Positions 12,701 through 26,338 are shown, numbered from the stretch's first letter. The stretch: DNA of 64,000 nucleotides from Guillardia theta CCMP2712 (GCF_000315625.1 NW_005434460.1:5217-69216), one strand, 5' to 3'. Notes: generated by a model from the letters alone, not told the origin. Translations and numbers: made by a program.

Positions 12701-13277
12701 AATGTCACAACATCAACCCGAACATCCTTCATGACATGTCGTGATGCGCAGCGAGATTTTGTTTTTCTTTGATATTGATGATTTCCCGATGCTGTATTCA
12801 TATTAGCTATGAGCGCTCTGAAAGGTTGCGATCAGATCGACATCATTGGCCTGGTTCTCAATTTCAGCATAGACGCCGAAGACCGAGTTTGGTTTCTCTG
12901 GTGAGTTTGTTTTGTTTTCCATGTCGATTTGTTGTGAGGGAGCGCAGTGGTCCTGTATAAACACTTGCATTCCGAATCTATTTCTGTCTTGATTGTTAAA
13001 TGTCTGAGAATTCAACATTTTTCTCTCTGTCAATGTGCAAACATCTTCTTTTCTAATGGCATTCAACCATACTTGACTCGGATGATAAATTGCTGATCGT
13101 TGTGATCACTTTGACATTCTTGTGATGGTGAGTGGTTTTGCTTCGTCAGGTGTGAACATCTCCAAGTGATGCCGACAGCGACCCATCAGTCCGACATGTC
13201 GACTCTCTGAACTCTCTATTATGTTTCTCACTTCTGCTAACAGCGAACAAGAAGAGAAAGAAAATCTAGTTCATGAG

Positions 13278-13314
<37 letters not shown>

Positions 13315-14316
13315 TCATCCTCGTCCTTCTGTCCTCCTTCTCTCCCCCTTCTCTCCCCTCCTCTTCCTCATGCTCTCCTCTCCTCCTCTCCTCTCCCTCC
13401 CCCCGGCCACGCCAATTGGCACAGCATATGTGCCGCTGACTTGTCTGTTGGTGTAGACTTTGCATGGAGGAGAGATAGAAGCGCCCGAGGTCTGGAGGAG
13501 GAGAGGAGGGGAGAGGAGAGTAGAGGAGAGGAGAGAAGTGGAGGGGAGAGAAGTGGAGGGGAAAGTAGAGGAAAGGAGAGGAGAGAAGGGGAGGGGAGGG
13601 GAGCGTAGAGGAGAGGAGAGGAGAGGAGAGGAGAGGAGAGGAGAGGAGAGGATAGAGATCCTGAAGACACACGACAGGAGGAGGAGCTTGTGGTGCTGCT
13701 TCCCACGGACAGCTCGAAGAAGAAAGAGGAGGAGAAGAAAGACAAATCAAGGTAATTGAGGAGAGGAGAGGAGCGAATAAGCGGAAGGGAGGAGGAGGAG
13801 GAGGAGGAGCAGGAGCAGGAGCAGGAGGAGCAGGAGCAGGAGCAGGAGCAGGAGGAGGCTGAATTGTATGACAGAGCCTCGTCAGCTTCGCTCTCCCATC
13901 GAAGTTGTGAGTTTGCCCCTCATCTTGTGCTCTCTTCTCATCCTGCCCTCGCAGCTTCTTCTAGTCGCTCAGGAGAAGGAGAGGAGAGGAGGAGGAGGAC
14001 TGAGGTCCCCGGTCGACAAGGCGTTCCACCGAGCGGGAAGGGGAGGGAGAGGGGGAAGGAAATTTCAGCAGAGGAGGAGCGAAGGTATGATTGGGAGGGA
14101 GGGGAAGGAGAGCTGAAAATGCGTAGGAGGAGAGAAGAGGCAGAGAGAAAGGCGGCGGAGGTTGAAGAGAAGCTGAAGATCGCAGAAGCGCGAGGTGAGT
14201 GCAGGAGATGGAGGGAGAGGAGGAGGGAGAGGAGGAGGGAGGGGGGAGGAGGGAGGGGGAGGGAGGGGAAGGGAGGGGGAGGAGGGAGGGAGGGGGGAGG
14301 GGGAGGGGGAGGGGGA

Positions 14317-14864
14317 NNNNNNNNNNNNNNNNNNNNNNNNNNNNNNNNNNNNNNNNNNNNNNNNNNNNNNNNNNNNNNNNNNNNNNNNNNNNNNNNNNNN
14401 NNNNNNNNNNNNNNNNNNNNNNNNNNNNNNNNNNNNNNNNNNNNNNNNNNNNNNNNNNNNNNNNNNNNNNNNNNNNNNNNNNNNNNNNNNNNNNNNNNNN
14501 NNNNNNNNNNNNNNNNNNNNNNNNNNNNNNNNNNNNNNNNNNNNNNNNNNNNNNNNNNNNNNNNNNNNNNNNNNNNNNNNNNNNNNNNNNNNNNNNNNNN
14601 NNNNNNNNNNNNNNNNNNNNNNNNNNNNNNNNNNNNNNNNNNNNNNNNNNNNNNNNNNNNNNNNNNNNNNNNNNNNNNNNNNNNNNNNNNNNNNNNNNNN
14701 NNNNNNNNNNNNNNNNNNNNNNNNNNNNNNNNNNNNNNNNNNNNNNNNNNNNNNNNNNNNNNNNNNNNNNNNNNNNNNNNNNNNNNNNNNNNNNNNNNNN
14801 NNNNNNNNNNNNNNNNNNNNNNNNNNNNNNNNNNNNNNNNNNNNNNNNNNNNNNNNNNNNNNNN
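14317..14864. other. Assembly gap (548 N) next to a G-rich purine tract
   Basis: Run of n directly after GGGGGA repeats. Confidence 0.99.
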
Positions 14865-15157
14865 GGGAGGGGGGGAAGGCGGCAAGGCTGACAATGTTGT
14901 CAGCCAAACAAGCAGAGGCGAAGCTGCGCATGACGATCCATCAAGGTGGAAGGAGCTGCCGACTTTGCGGGTCTGACATGATGTGCAGGTCAGGGAGGCA
15001 GCTGGAAGAGGAGGGGCAGCAGAACAGCTGGAGGAGAGGAGAGTGGGGAGAAGGAAGAGGAGACTAGTCTCCCTCCCATCCCCCTCGCGAGGCTCTCAAG
15101 GCCTCCTTCAGACCCCCAGCAGCAGCAGGGACCTTCCGCCAACTCTCCTCTGGTTAT

Positions 15158-15198
<41 letters not shown>

Positions 15199-15217
15199 CC
15201 TCCTGCTCCTACTCCTA

Positions 15218-15248
<31 letters not shown>

Positions 15249-15293
15249 TCCTCAACTTACACTCACTTTCAGATTCCTCTCACTCCAAGCTCG

Positions 15294-15765
15294 ATGTCGG
15301 CGGAGGCTCGTCTTGAGAGCATGAGCATGGCTGAAGAAATCGCAAGGAGCACGTTGGAGAAGGAAGGCGAGGGGGAGGATGAAGAAGCTGGGAAGGAGGA
15401 AGGAGCCGCAGGAGGAGAGGAGGATGAAGCTCGGAAGGAGGGAGGAGGAGAAGAAGGAGCCGCAGGAGGAGAAGAAGAAGCTCGGAGGGAGGGAGGAGGA
15501 GGAGAAGGAGCCGCAGGAGGAGGACGGCAGCGACCACTCGAGGAAGAGGGGGGGGAGGATGCGACAAGCTCTTCAGTCGAACCATTGGTGCACGAGGACG
15601 AGAGGACGGCGATGGAGCAGCAGAAAACGAATTCCCCTCCTTTCCCTGCCCCCAGTTCGGCTCCCTCAGTGTCAGGGGACGGGGAGGAGCAAGCATACGC
15701 GTCTGAGCAAGGAGCTGATGACGATGATGATGATAAGGAGGAGGAAGAGATTGTGGCGGAGGAGA

Positions 15766-15798
<33 letters not shown>

Positions 15799-18700
15799 TG
15801 CAGGTGCACAGGCAGAAAGCTGAAGAGGAGGAGGAGGAGGAGCACAGTGAGGAGTACGAGGACAAGCCGATCGGCTCAGGTCTTGTGCCGAAAATCCTGA
15901 CGGTCCCACAGAAGAAGGAGGAGACTTCTGCGCAGCTTCAGAGGGAGGAGGAGGAGGAGGAGGAGGAGGTTGTCGACAGACCGTCCCTGAAGGACCAGGA
16001 GGGGATCAGGGCCTGGAAGGTGGAGGAGGAGGAGAAATTCAGCTCTGAACCCTCGTTGCTCGAAGATGCTCGATGCTCGCACAGGGGCAGGGAGGGAGGG
16101 GAGGAGGAGGAGAACGGGTGTCTGGGCAGAGGACAGGAGGGCGACAAGATTCCGGTGGATGCTCGTCTCGTCTACCTTACCTCCTCCCTCCAGTTCCGGT
16201 CTGAGTTCAGAGTCGGGACTGGAATGAGCAAATTTCCACCCTCCTCCTCCATCCCAGGACTCTCCGGCACCCCCGCCTCCTCCTCCTCCACAGCCTTCGG
16301 AGGAGGAGAAGAAGCGATGTCTATCTCCTCGGTCTTCGACGACGACGGGCTACAACCCTCCTTCCTCCAGGCCTCCCTCTCCCTCGCCAAGACTCCTCCT
16401 CCTCCTCAGCTCGATGCTGAGCGATGCGAGACTTGCATGTTGGTCGTCAAGACGGCTCCCAACCCCCTCCCCGACTTCCACCAGCCTGTCGAGCTTGCGA
16501 GTCAGCAGGAGGAGCGAGCGGGAGGCGGGGAGGGAGGAGGAGGAGCTGAGCTGCCGCTGCGGAAGGGGAAGGGCAAGAGCGACAAGAGGAGGGAGGATGG
16601 AGTGGAGATGATCTGGACGCCGGTGGTGCAGAGCGGAGGAGGGGAGGAGGAGACGCCGATGAAAGTGCTGGAGCTACAGAAGGTGCTGGGGCTGCCTGCG
16701 TCGCTGTGGTCGGTGGAGGCGGAGAGGTCAGTGAAGTTGAAGCAGCAGGAGGAGGGGCAGGAGAGGAAGAGCCGAGAGCTCCGCCTGTGCGAGGAGAGGG
16801 AGGGGAGGAAGGGGCAGGCGGCTGGTCAGATCGATTCAGCGAGCACGCCACATGCTCTTCCTGCTGATCTCAAGGGACAGGCAGAAACTTTCTTCAAGTC
16901 CCCCGGGGCTGACGCCTCCTCCTCGCTCCTCCGCGTCAAGGATGCCTCCGTCGCCTCCGTCGTGCGCGACGCGGAGTGGGCCCTAGAGGAGTTTGTTCGA
17001 AGGGAGGAGGTGTACGTGAACGGGAAGCTCGAGACGGAGCAGGAGGAGGAGAGCAGCAGGGGACGAGCACGGGATCAGGTGGCAACAGGCAAGGGAGTGG
17101 AAGAGGCTGATGGAGGGAAGAGGGAGGAGGGAGGAGGAGGAGAGGAGGAGGAGGTGATGGAGATTAAGTTCGATCGCGCGTTCGCCAACGACGAGGAGCG
17201 TCTGGAGTTTGCAAAGCAGCAGAGGAACAAGCTGGCGAAGCTGCTGGGGGTGACGCCCGAGAGCATCGAGATTCTCGAGGTCAAGCCCGGCTCCCCGGTC
17301 ACCATGATCCGCTTCCAGATCTCCCGACAAGACGCCAGCAGGTTGTCTCCCTCCTCCCCACCTCCGGACGAGGCCCCAGCTCACAGCCCAGCTGAAGGAG
17401 GAGCTGCTGAGAGCTTCGACGCTGCTCCTCTCGGGGTTGAGATGCTCTCAGCTGGAGACAGTGACAGCCACTCGCTCCTCACCGCGAAGCTCCAGGCCTC
17501 CCTTCCTCCCCAGGTCGCCTTCACTGATCGCGCCATGCAGCGACGGCCTGTCCCGTCCGCCCCCGCGGAGGTGATGGCGGGAGGAGGGAGGAGGGAGACG
17601 GGGGGGCAGGAGGCGCCGGAGCGGAAGCTCACCGTGATCAAGAGCAAGGGATCGCACGACCAGGGGCAGCCGAACCCCTGGGACCTCAGCCCCGAGCAGG
17701 TTGAGACCGGGGAGGAAGAGAGGATGGCGGGGAGGGGAAGGAAGATGGAGAATGTGGAGGAGGCTGAAGAAGCAGAGGGGGACAGAAGGAAGAAGGCTGT
17801 TGAGGAGGAGGAGGAGAGTCAGAAGGAAAGGGGAGGAGGAAGGGGGGCGGCGGCGGGGCGGGGCGGGGGGGGGGGGGCGGAGGAGGAGAAGTAATTCTGA
17901 TGACAGATGACGTCACGGCCGGGAGAGGAGGAGGCAACAGACAAGCCAAACTTCAAGGGGAAGGGAGACAGCGTGCAGGCAGACGCGGAGGAGGTGGAGA
18001 GCAGGTTTCGACCTGGCCGCGAGCTCATGTCGGAGGAGCAGTTCTCCAGCGCCAAGGTACAGCGACGAGCCCCGTCCTCGCCGAGGAGGCTGAAGCAAGT
18101 GACGTCGGGGCTGGGGGACGTCAGCGAGCAGAAGAAGGTTGCTGTCCAGGAGTGTGACGACACGGGGAGGAGGAAGGAGGTGGAGGACGAGCTCAACTTT
18201 CTCCCTGCTCAGCGGTCAGAGCCCGGACCCAAGAGCGCGCTGCATGCCAAGAAGGCGGAGGGATTGGAGGACGAGATCCTGCTGCGGCTGGAGGAGCACG
18301 ACAGCAGGGCAGAGGAGCGGGGGAAGGAGGACCCCTGCGTTGTACCGAGCATGGACCTGCACAAGGTGGTGGAGGTGTACGACTACAACATCGCGCCCAA
18401 GAGCCTCGGGGAGGAGGAGGGGAGGACGAGAATGGCGACAGAGCCTGGAGAGGAGGAGAAGGGGGACAGGAGGCAGAAGAAGAAGGGGAAGGAGGCAGTG
18501 AAACATCAGGCTCCTGCTGTCCCCGAGGCCTACATGGCCTTCGGGATGGAGGGAGAGAGCCAGCGGCTCGTCCCCTCCGTTGTCGCTCTCGAGCGACCTG
18601 ATAAGCAGACGCTCAAGGAAAAGCCCAGCAGGGCAGCTGAGGAGGAGCCCGAGCTGCTCAAGGGCAGGGAGGTGCCCGACATCCTCCAGCTCAAGTTTGA

Positions 18701-18821
18701 CGTCTCGTTCGTCGACGATCATGCGAGGATGGAGTTCGCGGAGAAGCAGGCGGCGAAGCTCGCCGAGATGCTCCAGCTGCCTCCCGAGCTCGTCAAAGTT
18801 CGCGCGGTCGTTCCTGGTTGA
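15294..18821 (+). CDS. Large acidic low-complexity protein with two SEA-like modules (part of a larger gene)
   Basis: ORFs 15294..17894 and 17907..18821 are in the same frame, separated by a probable intron ending ctgatgacag at 17906. Repeated module MEIKFDRAF...LAKLLGVTPESIEILEVKPGS and LQLKFDVSF...LAEMLQLPPELVKVRAVVPG. Confidence 0.55.
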
Positions 18822-18944
18822 GGAAGAGGCGGCAAAGCGCTCCTAGCTTGATATTCTTTCCTTGTACAGTGCTGTTTATCTACTGCCCCTCCTGCCTCCT
18901 GCCTCCTGTCTCCTGTCTCCTGCCTCCTGCCTCTTCTTTCTTGC

Positions 18945-21379
18945 TCAGAACATCCACACTACTTCGCCCAGCAGCAGGTCAGCTACGTGCACCTGTGCCA
19001 TGGGGTTCGAGCCCGGCGACCCAAGCTTGACCTCTCCCTCTACCTCCGCATCCTCCTCCTCCTCCTCCTCCTCCTGCCGGTTCAGCACAGCCAGGTCGCC
19101 TTGCTCAGCCTCTGCCGAGCTGCTGTTGACGGTACGTGCAGCAGTCTTGCTGTCCTCCACACGGCAGGCGAGAGACGCGTCCAGCTGCTGGTTCAGCTGG
19201 AGGAGCTTGTCAAACTCCACTTGGATCCTCTGCTCCATGACTTGGTGCATGTGAAGTGATCCCAGGAACTTCATCAGTCGCCGTCGCAGGGAGAAACTCT
19301 CGATGCTCGAGCTTCTTTCCTCCGGAGGGTTCCTTCCCCCCTGCCCTGCTGAAACTTCGAGCTGTCGGCACTGAGCAGCAGAGCTGTAAGAGCTGGTGGG
19401 GTCGGATGCCTCACGATCTACGTGCTCGTAGAGGCTTGCTATCACCAGCTGCTCCTCCAACTGTCAGCAAGTGACCTGCAAGGAGGAAACGCTCTCACCT
19501 CCATCTGCTTCCTCCTCCTCAGATCCTTCGTCCAGCCGTCAAGGTCAGCCCTCAGAGCTTGTAGCTCAGCCTGAAGCTCATGCATGTGGTCACTATGGGG
19601 AGCAAGTTAGGAAGCAGAGAGTCAAGCAGGACGACGCACAGGAAGAGGGAGGAGAAGCGACAATGGTGGCACTCCAACGTCTGCGACCCAACACGTTACG
19701 AAGGCAACAGAAGAAAAGCACATTACATAGCAGGACCATCCGATGAAGACGCGGGACACCGAGACTTGAAGCCAACGCCTGACGATCCTCGACGTCTTCG
19801 CCCTCGCCTCCCTCGCCTCCTCCCCTGCCTCGCCCCACCTCCTGAACGCCACCCCTGCCAGCCCCTTCTGCCACCGCAAGATCACCTCCCTTGCCCGTGC
19901 CCGACAGCTCCTGCCCTCCGCTGCCTCCGCTGCCCACCGCCCGAAGGCTCTTCCTAGCCCATACGATCGCCATCGGCCGCACAGTCGCTGGAGGCTTGTC
20001 CGTACTCGCTTGCTCTCTGCTGTCCCTTCGGCCCAGCTTGCGAACGCTACGGCTGCCTTGACCTGCAGCATGCGTTGGACTACTCGCCTGCATCGATCCC
20101 TGGCTTCCCTCTGGCTGGTCGCGTTGCTTGCCCACCTTTCTAGCGCCGTTGCTAGCTGCATGTTCAGCATACGCCTGACGATCCTCGACGTCTTCGCCCT
20201 CGCCTCCCTCGCCTCCTCCCCTGCCTCGCCCCACCTCCTGAACGCCACCCCTGCCAGCCCCTTCTGCCACCGCAAGATCACCTCCCTTGCCCGTGCCCGA
20301 CAGCTCCTGCCCTCCGCTGCCTCCGCTGCCCACCGCCCGAAGGCTCTTCCTAGCCCATACGATCGCCATCGGCCGCACAGTCGCTGGAGGCTTGTCCGTA
20401 CTCGCTTGCTCTCTGCTGTCCCTTCGGCCCAGCTTGCGAACGCTACGGCTGCCTTGACCTGCAGCATGCGTTGGACTACTCGCCTGCATCGATCCCTGGC
20501 TTCCCTCTGGCTGGTCGCGTTGCTTTGCCATCCATCGAATGCTGATGAAATGGTTCTAATCTGAAGTTTCCTTACAACTCGTTTCGTCGTTTTCATTTGT
20601 TTTGAGACGCGTTTCCATTGGAGGAAGGTATACTGATGACAAGCGAATGAAGATTTTAACAAGAGTTGTAGAGCCTTGCTACTGAAGCTTTCCATCTGTT
20701 CAGCGTATGCTCTCCATGCAAGAAAAGCGTTCTGAGTCAGCTGATTTGAGATTCGTTGTGTTCTGTTGTCAAGTATTTTCAGCTTGAAAGTTTCAAACAT
20801 CATGGAATAAGCCTCGCGTGCAATCTCGTCTTTTGCCTCACTCAATGAGATCAATTTGCATTCCATCGTCCACTTGGAAAAGGCAAGGGCCATCTGTTGT
20901 CGGGCATTGGACCGTACAAGAAGCAGCGAAGCAGTCTCGAGCATCTTACTGACTTGCTCGTTGGGAGCTGACGGAGTCTCTACAAGCAAGGATCTTGTCA
21001 ACTGCACTGAAACATATTTCTGCGCAGGAGAGTTTGGCCGATACAACATGATCTGCACCAAAGTTCCTGGTGGTCCCAGCAAGAGCGAAGAAACATTCTC
21101 GGGGGGCAGGTTTTCAATGCTCCGCCCTTCTATCTGCAGCAAAACATCATGCAAGAGGATCTTTCCTGAGAGGTCTGCTGGGCCATTTCGAGTCATCCCC
21201 GCTACTATGATGGACCCATCTGCATGCCTCCTCAGTAACAAGCCGGTACTTCCTTTCAAAGGTCGCAATGGGCTTCTGAAGGATCTTTCCGCAGAGTTGT
21301 TCAGTTGGTGCAAGTCAAAACTGGGTGTGCTTGGATTATACAGCACGTCATCAGAGCTTTGCATGTTGGAAAAATTCAA
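18945..21379 (-). CDS. PDZ-domain protein with Sfi1-like AFxxW repeats
   Basis: PDZ: GLLLRRHADGSIIVAGMTRNGPADLSGKILLHDVLLQIEGRSIENLPPENVSSLLLGPPGTLV. Regular AFSKW/AFLAW/AFDGW/AFASW/AFGRW/AFRRW motifs follow. Joining to the 18945..19460 exon is inferred. First ATG at about 21364. Confidence 0.7.
19775..20525. repeat. Intragenic direct duplication, 396-bp period
   Basis: 19775-20129 and 20171-20525 appear identical by eye; 396 bp = 132 codons, in frame. Confidence 0.9.
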
Positions 21380-21469
21380 TTCGGCAGTTGGAAGAACGAT
21401 TGACTTTACTCTTCGATAATTCCTGCCAATCGTTTAGGTTACTTCAGAGTGGCTGAAAGTACTAGAAGG

Positions 21470-21517
<48 letters not shown>

Positions 21518-21943
21518 CCAATACCCTTAGCTACGCATATCGTCTACCGCAAACGAATCCGTGAAGACTCCAAGAATCTCCTCAAAAGACCCCTCGTGCT
21601 GTCCTCTGCTAAGGCCTCCCTCCTCTCTTCCTCTCCTTCTCCCTCCTCTCCCACGCCGCCCGTCGCATTCCTCCCCCATTCGTACGTCAATTTTGTACCT
21701 TCAAGCATGGGGGTAGGGGGTACGGAAGATTGCCGAGGGACCGATGTGAAGGGGTATTTCAGCAGTATAAGAGAGGGGTGATACGACTACCGGTCCCTTG
21801 ATCACGTCAAGGGGTCCGACAGTTGGGGGCTATCAAGTTAAGTGAATATATCAGTTAACTTGACAGCTCTTTCGACTAGCTTGTTGTCAGGGCGTTGCTT
21901 ATTCACCGTCATTGCTCGCAAGCGAAGAGGCGCGCCTTTTGGA

Positions 21944-23854
21944 ATGGCGGCGGCGAGGTATGGCTCCATCGAGGAGGAGGAAGGAGCCGGGCCGCGTTCC
22001 TCCTCCTCCTCCTCTCCTCTTGTGTGGAGACGGCTTCCTCTAGCCACCGCTGCAGCTTCGCTTCTAGTTCTGGTTGGCTGTTTGATGACACCGTTCCATT
22101 CCGTGAAGCAAACAGTCTTGGTTGACCCGGGTTATGCTAGCTGGTTGAAGACTCTTAGCGGCCCTGTCGACTATCAGACAGGGAAGGAGTATGATGACAA
22201 GTTTGAATCCCAGAGCATGTCGCATGTTGGTATCTCACACTTGCTCCCTGGAGCTCTCCCCTCGATGAAGAAGATTGGTGATATGCAGGGAGCTGACTTT
22301 GCCGCGGATGTGACGGCAAGGATTGCCACTCCTGTCGACACGGAAGAGATCAATGAACTCCCCTTGAAGTTGCAGAAAATATCCAAACTTGTGCAGAACG
22401 AGAAGACATACGTGGACGATCTTCAGAAGATTGTCGACGCCCACAGTCTGCCCGATCCAGAATCGATCGTGGTTCACGTCGGCCAACGAGGTCCGAGAGG
22501 AGCAAGAGGTCCAAGAGGTCCGCGAGGCCCAACTGGAGATCAGGGAACCAAAGGCCCCACGGGCCCTCAGGGCCCTCAGGGTGAGCAGGGCCGACGAGGA
22601 ATCCAGGGACCGCAGGGCGAACAAGGAGAAACCGGACCACCGGGTCCCAAGGGCAGGCAGGGCTTGCCAGGACTGAAGGGACCCCGAGGAACGGAGGGGA
22701 TTGAGGGGCCTGAGGGCGAGGAGGGACAACCTGGACCCAACGGAGAGGTGAAGGGATAGATGGTTGTTGTAGCGTCGCTGATATGCCTGGCAGACTGGAC
22801 CTCCCGGTCCCCAAGGTCCCAACGGCATGAACGGCATGCAGGGCAATCCAGGCCTTACGGGTCCTCAGGGTTTGCCCGGTGACGGCAAGCGTATCGGTGA
22901 TTGTCGCTGTGATGAGTTCCTTGTCTCTGCATTGACTTGTGTTGTTCGTTAGTGTGTATGAAGATCTTTGGCGATCGCTGCTTCTCGATGGTTCAGGGCT
23001 CCACTAATTATGGTACCGCCGCCAGTAATTGCAAGAACTGGGGAGGATCAGTCGCATCAGTGCGTGACCAGAGTGAATGGAATTGGATGCTAAGCATGTT
23101 CTCCACCCAATTCTGGATTGGAATGCAGCTTGTGTCGAGCCCATCAGGGGATATTTGTAAGCAATTGATTTGCCTCCTTGTTGATAGTGCTTGTTGTTGT
23201 CTTTTCCATGGAGGTCTCTTTGTACTTCTTATGACGTCTGTGACCACCATTATTGTTTTTCGTGATGTTGTGTGAAAATTGTCGCTTCTTACCGATTGTC
23301 TCTTGTAGCCAACGACTGGAAGTTTGACGACGAGACATCGAACAAGTTCGCCAATACCCTCTGGGCACCTGGAGAGCCCAACGGATGGAGGAAGTGAGAA
23401 ACAGAGACACGAAACTGGGCAACTTCGACTGAATCTTGATGTGCAGTTGCGGATACAGGTGTGAGCCGTGCGCTATTTCTACTGGGAATCGCTTGAATGA
23501 CATCACATGCAGCGCGTGAGATTCTTTTCTTGATGCTTCTCTTTCTTGATTGCTTGCACCTGTCTTCCCCTACCCTCGTCTTCTTCTTCCTGTTTCCATC
23601 CTATTCTGTTCCTGCCAACTTGCTTTCCTGTTTGTCTTGTGCAATTCTACTGCTTTTGTCTTACCTGTTGCCACTCATGTGCTACAACTCCCTCTCCCTC
23701 TTTTCCACTTCATCTTCTTCTTGCCATCTTCCTGTCTCTGTGTACGATTGTCTCCCTGATGCCTTACCGCTAACAACCCTTTCACAGATCTGCTGCATAC
23801 GTTTGCGTGCGACAGCTCGACGCAGCAGCCATGGCGTCGATCAAAAAGGATTGA
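21944..23854 (+). CDS. Type II membrane collectin-like protein (TM, stalk, collagen Gly-X-Y, C-type lectin domain)
   Basis: [20 protein letters not shown]. Gly-X-Y run at about 22481-22885. Spliced CTLD: RCFSMV...[21 protein letters not shown]...FWIGM...WAPGEPNGW...EPCA...LNDITC...AYVC. Stop TGA at 23852-23854. Confidence 0.85.
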
Positions 23855-24489
23855 GGGCGAGAACGAGCTTTTATCCCGCCTGCTTTCGATCTGTTAATAT
23901 TCTTGTTGAAATAGACGTGTTTTTCCTGCATCCCTCCACTATCTTGTTCTGACTGACCAGTAACGATTCGCCGTTGGAACCTCAAGGAGCCAGTGACTGG
24001 AGTGACTTGTCATGCTTCATTCATCCCTGCATTACATCAGCGGCTGTAGTGGGATAGGATAGATTGCACTTTGAAACTGGACCCGCTAAAAATTTGAAAT
24101 ATGAAGATTAGTATTCGAATAATTAGCAACTTTTGACTTGACCGGTGAGACAACGCGACAGGTATGTAGTGCATGAGAGGTGGAGAAGAGGGGAGGGAGG
24201 GAGGAGGAGGGAGGTTTGAGGAGGGAGGAAGGGAGGAGGGAGGTTTGAGGAGGGAGGAGAGGGAGGAGAGGAAGGGAGGAGAAAGGAGGGAGAAAGGGAG
24301 GAGAGGAAAGAGGGAGAAAGGGAGGAAGGGAGGAAGGGAGGAGAAAGGAGGGAGGAGGGAGGAGGGAGGAGGGAGGAGGAAGGAGAAAGTAGGGAGGTGA
24401 CAGGAGAAAGGATGGAGGAGGGAGGAGGGAGGAGGAGGGAGACATGAAATCTTCTGCTTCCACCCACTCGAATTCGTTGACAGCAGGTG

Positions 24490-25702
24490 CAGTTCTCCAC
24501 GAGGCTCGCAAGGAGCATGAGAGCAGGTTCCCTTGGGTCCTGTTGACTTCCCTTCCCGTCGATTCCCCGAGGCCTCACGTCATGTCCCAAGCGGACGCTT
24601 CGGGACACCTCAAGTCAGGCAGCAAGCCTTCTCGAGGAAGGAACGAGTTGGAGCTGAAGGAGGACGGAGATTGCTCCTCCACTCCTGTTGGTGCTCCCTT
24701 GCTCGACGAGGAGCTCAAAGCTACCTCAGAGTGTTTGCGGCTTGTTCGTGCTCGTGTGCAGAAGGCTGAGGCCCTGGCAAGGTGAGAAGCTGCTGGTGGG
24801 CCTGCGGCTGACAGTCTTGCAAGCTTCTATGCCACTGCTCAAGCTGAAGCTCAGGCCTTTATCGTTGCTGCTCTATGGGAGACGGACCCCCGCAGGTGCA
24901 GTGCTGCTCCCCCCTGCCCTCCCTGCACTCGTTGCCAGGCTGATGTCACTCCCTTAGGGTGCGAGCCGCGCTCAAAGAGCTCGAGGCGATCGTGTCGCAG
25001 GCCCCCTCCACCTCCCCTTACGCGACTCCGAGACATTCCGACGGGAGGTGAGGCTGAGGGGAGGCGAACGGTGCGAGGTGAAGTGGATGACGGGAAGGGT
25101 CAGGGTGCCGGTCAGACCGCATGGAGAGGACGGGAGTGACGACGAGGATGTGGAGCTGTTGCGTGCTGTCGAGATGTTGAGCCATGGGCGCGGGATCGTC
25201 CGAGACACAAGGTCAACCTTCCTCTCCTCCTCTTCCTCTCACTCTGTCGAAGCCTCTTCCTCACCGAGCAGCTCGCCAGCTTCGGTTCTCCCGCTCCTTC
25301 GCGTCCCGAAGTCGGGTGAATCTGATTCACTTGTCTCCTTCTCTCCCTCCTCACTCTTGTGGTTGCCACTTGCCAGGCACGCAGCAGAAACAGGTCCCCA
25401 TGCTAGCGAGCATACCCGGCAGGACAGTCGGGCGAGCAACGGCAGACAGGAGACAGCCGAGGGTACATGGCTGAGGTTGCGAAATTTGAAGTGAAGGGAA
25501 GGCAGGGAGCATGAGGAAGCCTCGGGTGATCCCCTACCGCATCCCCGCCTCCACTGTCGCTACTGACATCCTGTACCTTAACGATTTTTCAAGTGAGATC
25601 AAAGTTCTGACACACGACAGGCCGCCCAAGCCCCCCGACCCCCTTGCATCTCCTGCAGGTCGATTCCATGCTGCTTCTCAACCAAACAAAGCTGGTGATT
25701 AA
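24490..25702 (+). CDS. Hypothetical multi-exon protein
   Basis: Coding-like segments (24444..24785, 25048..25210) bounded by GT/AG with branch-like ctgac. No recognisable domain. Confidence 0.3.
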
Positions 25703-26338
25703 CTATCACTCCTCCACTCCCTGACACCCCCCCTTCCCCACCCCCCAACCTTCCTCCTCCTCCTCCTCCTCCTCCTCCTCTTCCTGATCTTCCTCATTCT
25801 CCTCCTCCTTCTGATCTTCCTCTATTCCCTTCTCCTTCATCGCCTTCTCACCGCCCTCCGCTTCTTCCGCTCTTCTCGCATCTCCCTGCCTCATCGGACT
25901 CACGCGCTCCTTGTTGCAGTTAATGGCTCAAGTTCTCCCATGCGCAAGCAGGTCTCTCCTCTGGTCGCTCGCTACTCGTTGAGCGTTATCGGCAGGTTGA
26001 CGATCGAGCAACAACAACAGCCAAGGGGAAGAAAACAAACACCGTGACCATGATGTTTTGATAGTGAATGATGCTTGCCAAGATACAGAAGCGAGTAGGG
26101 CAGGGGCAAAATGCAGCAGGAGCGGCGGGTTTACACATTATTCTTTGATTTTCTTACAAGTCAATAGGAAAAATACACTGAGATGATTCAACTTCTCAAC
26201 TTTTTGTGGCCTTCTCCTTACTCCTCCTCCCTCTCCTACCTCACCTCTTCTCCCTCCTCCTCCTTCGCACAACCTCCTCCTCCTCCTCCTCCTCCTCATA
26301 ACCTCCTCCTCTCATCACTTCATTCATGACGGAGCATC

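Noticed and set aside
13221-15067. Long low-complexity ORFs spanning the N gap and purine tracts
   Set aside because: Artefacts of microsatellites and Ns; only short exons are likely real.
17892-17906. Stop-codon readthrough or pseudogenisation between two in-frame ORFs
   Set aside because: Better explained by an intron ending ctgatgacag whose donor lies in a low-quality G-run.
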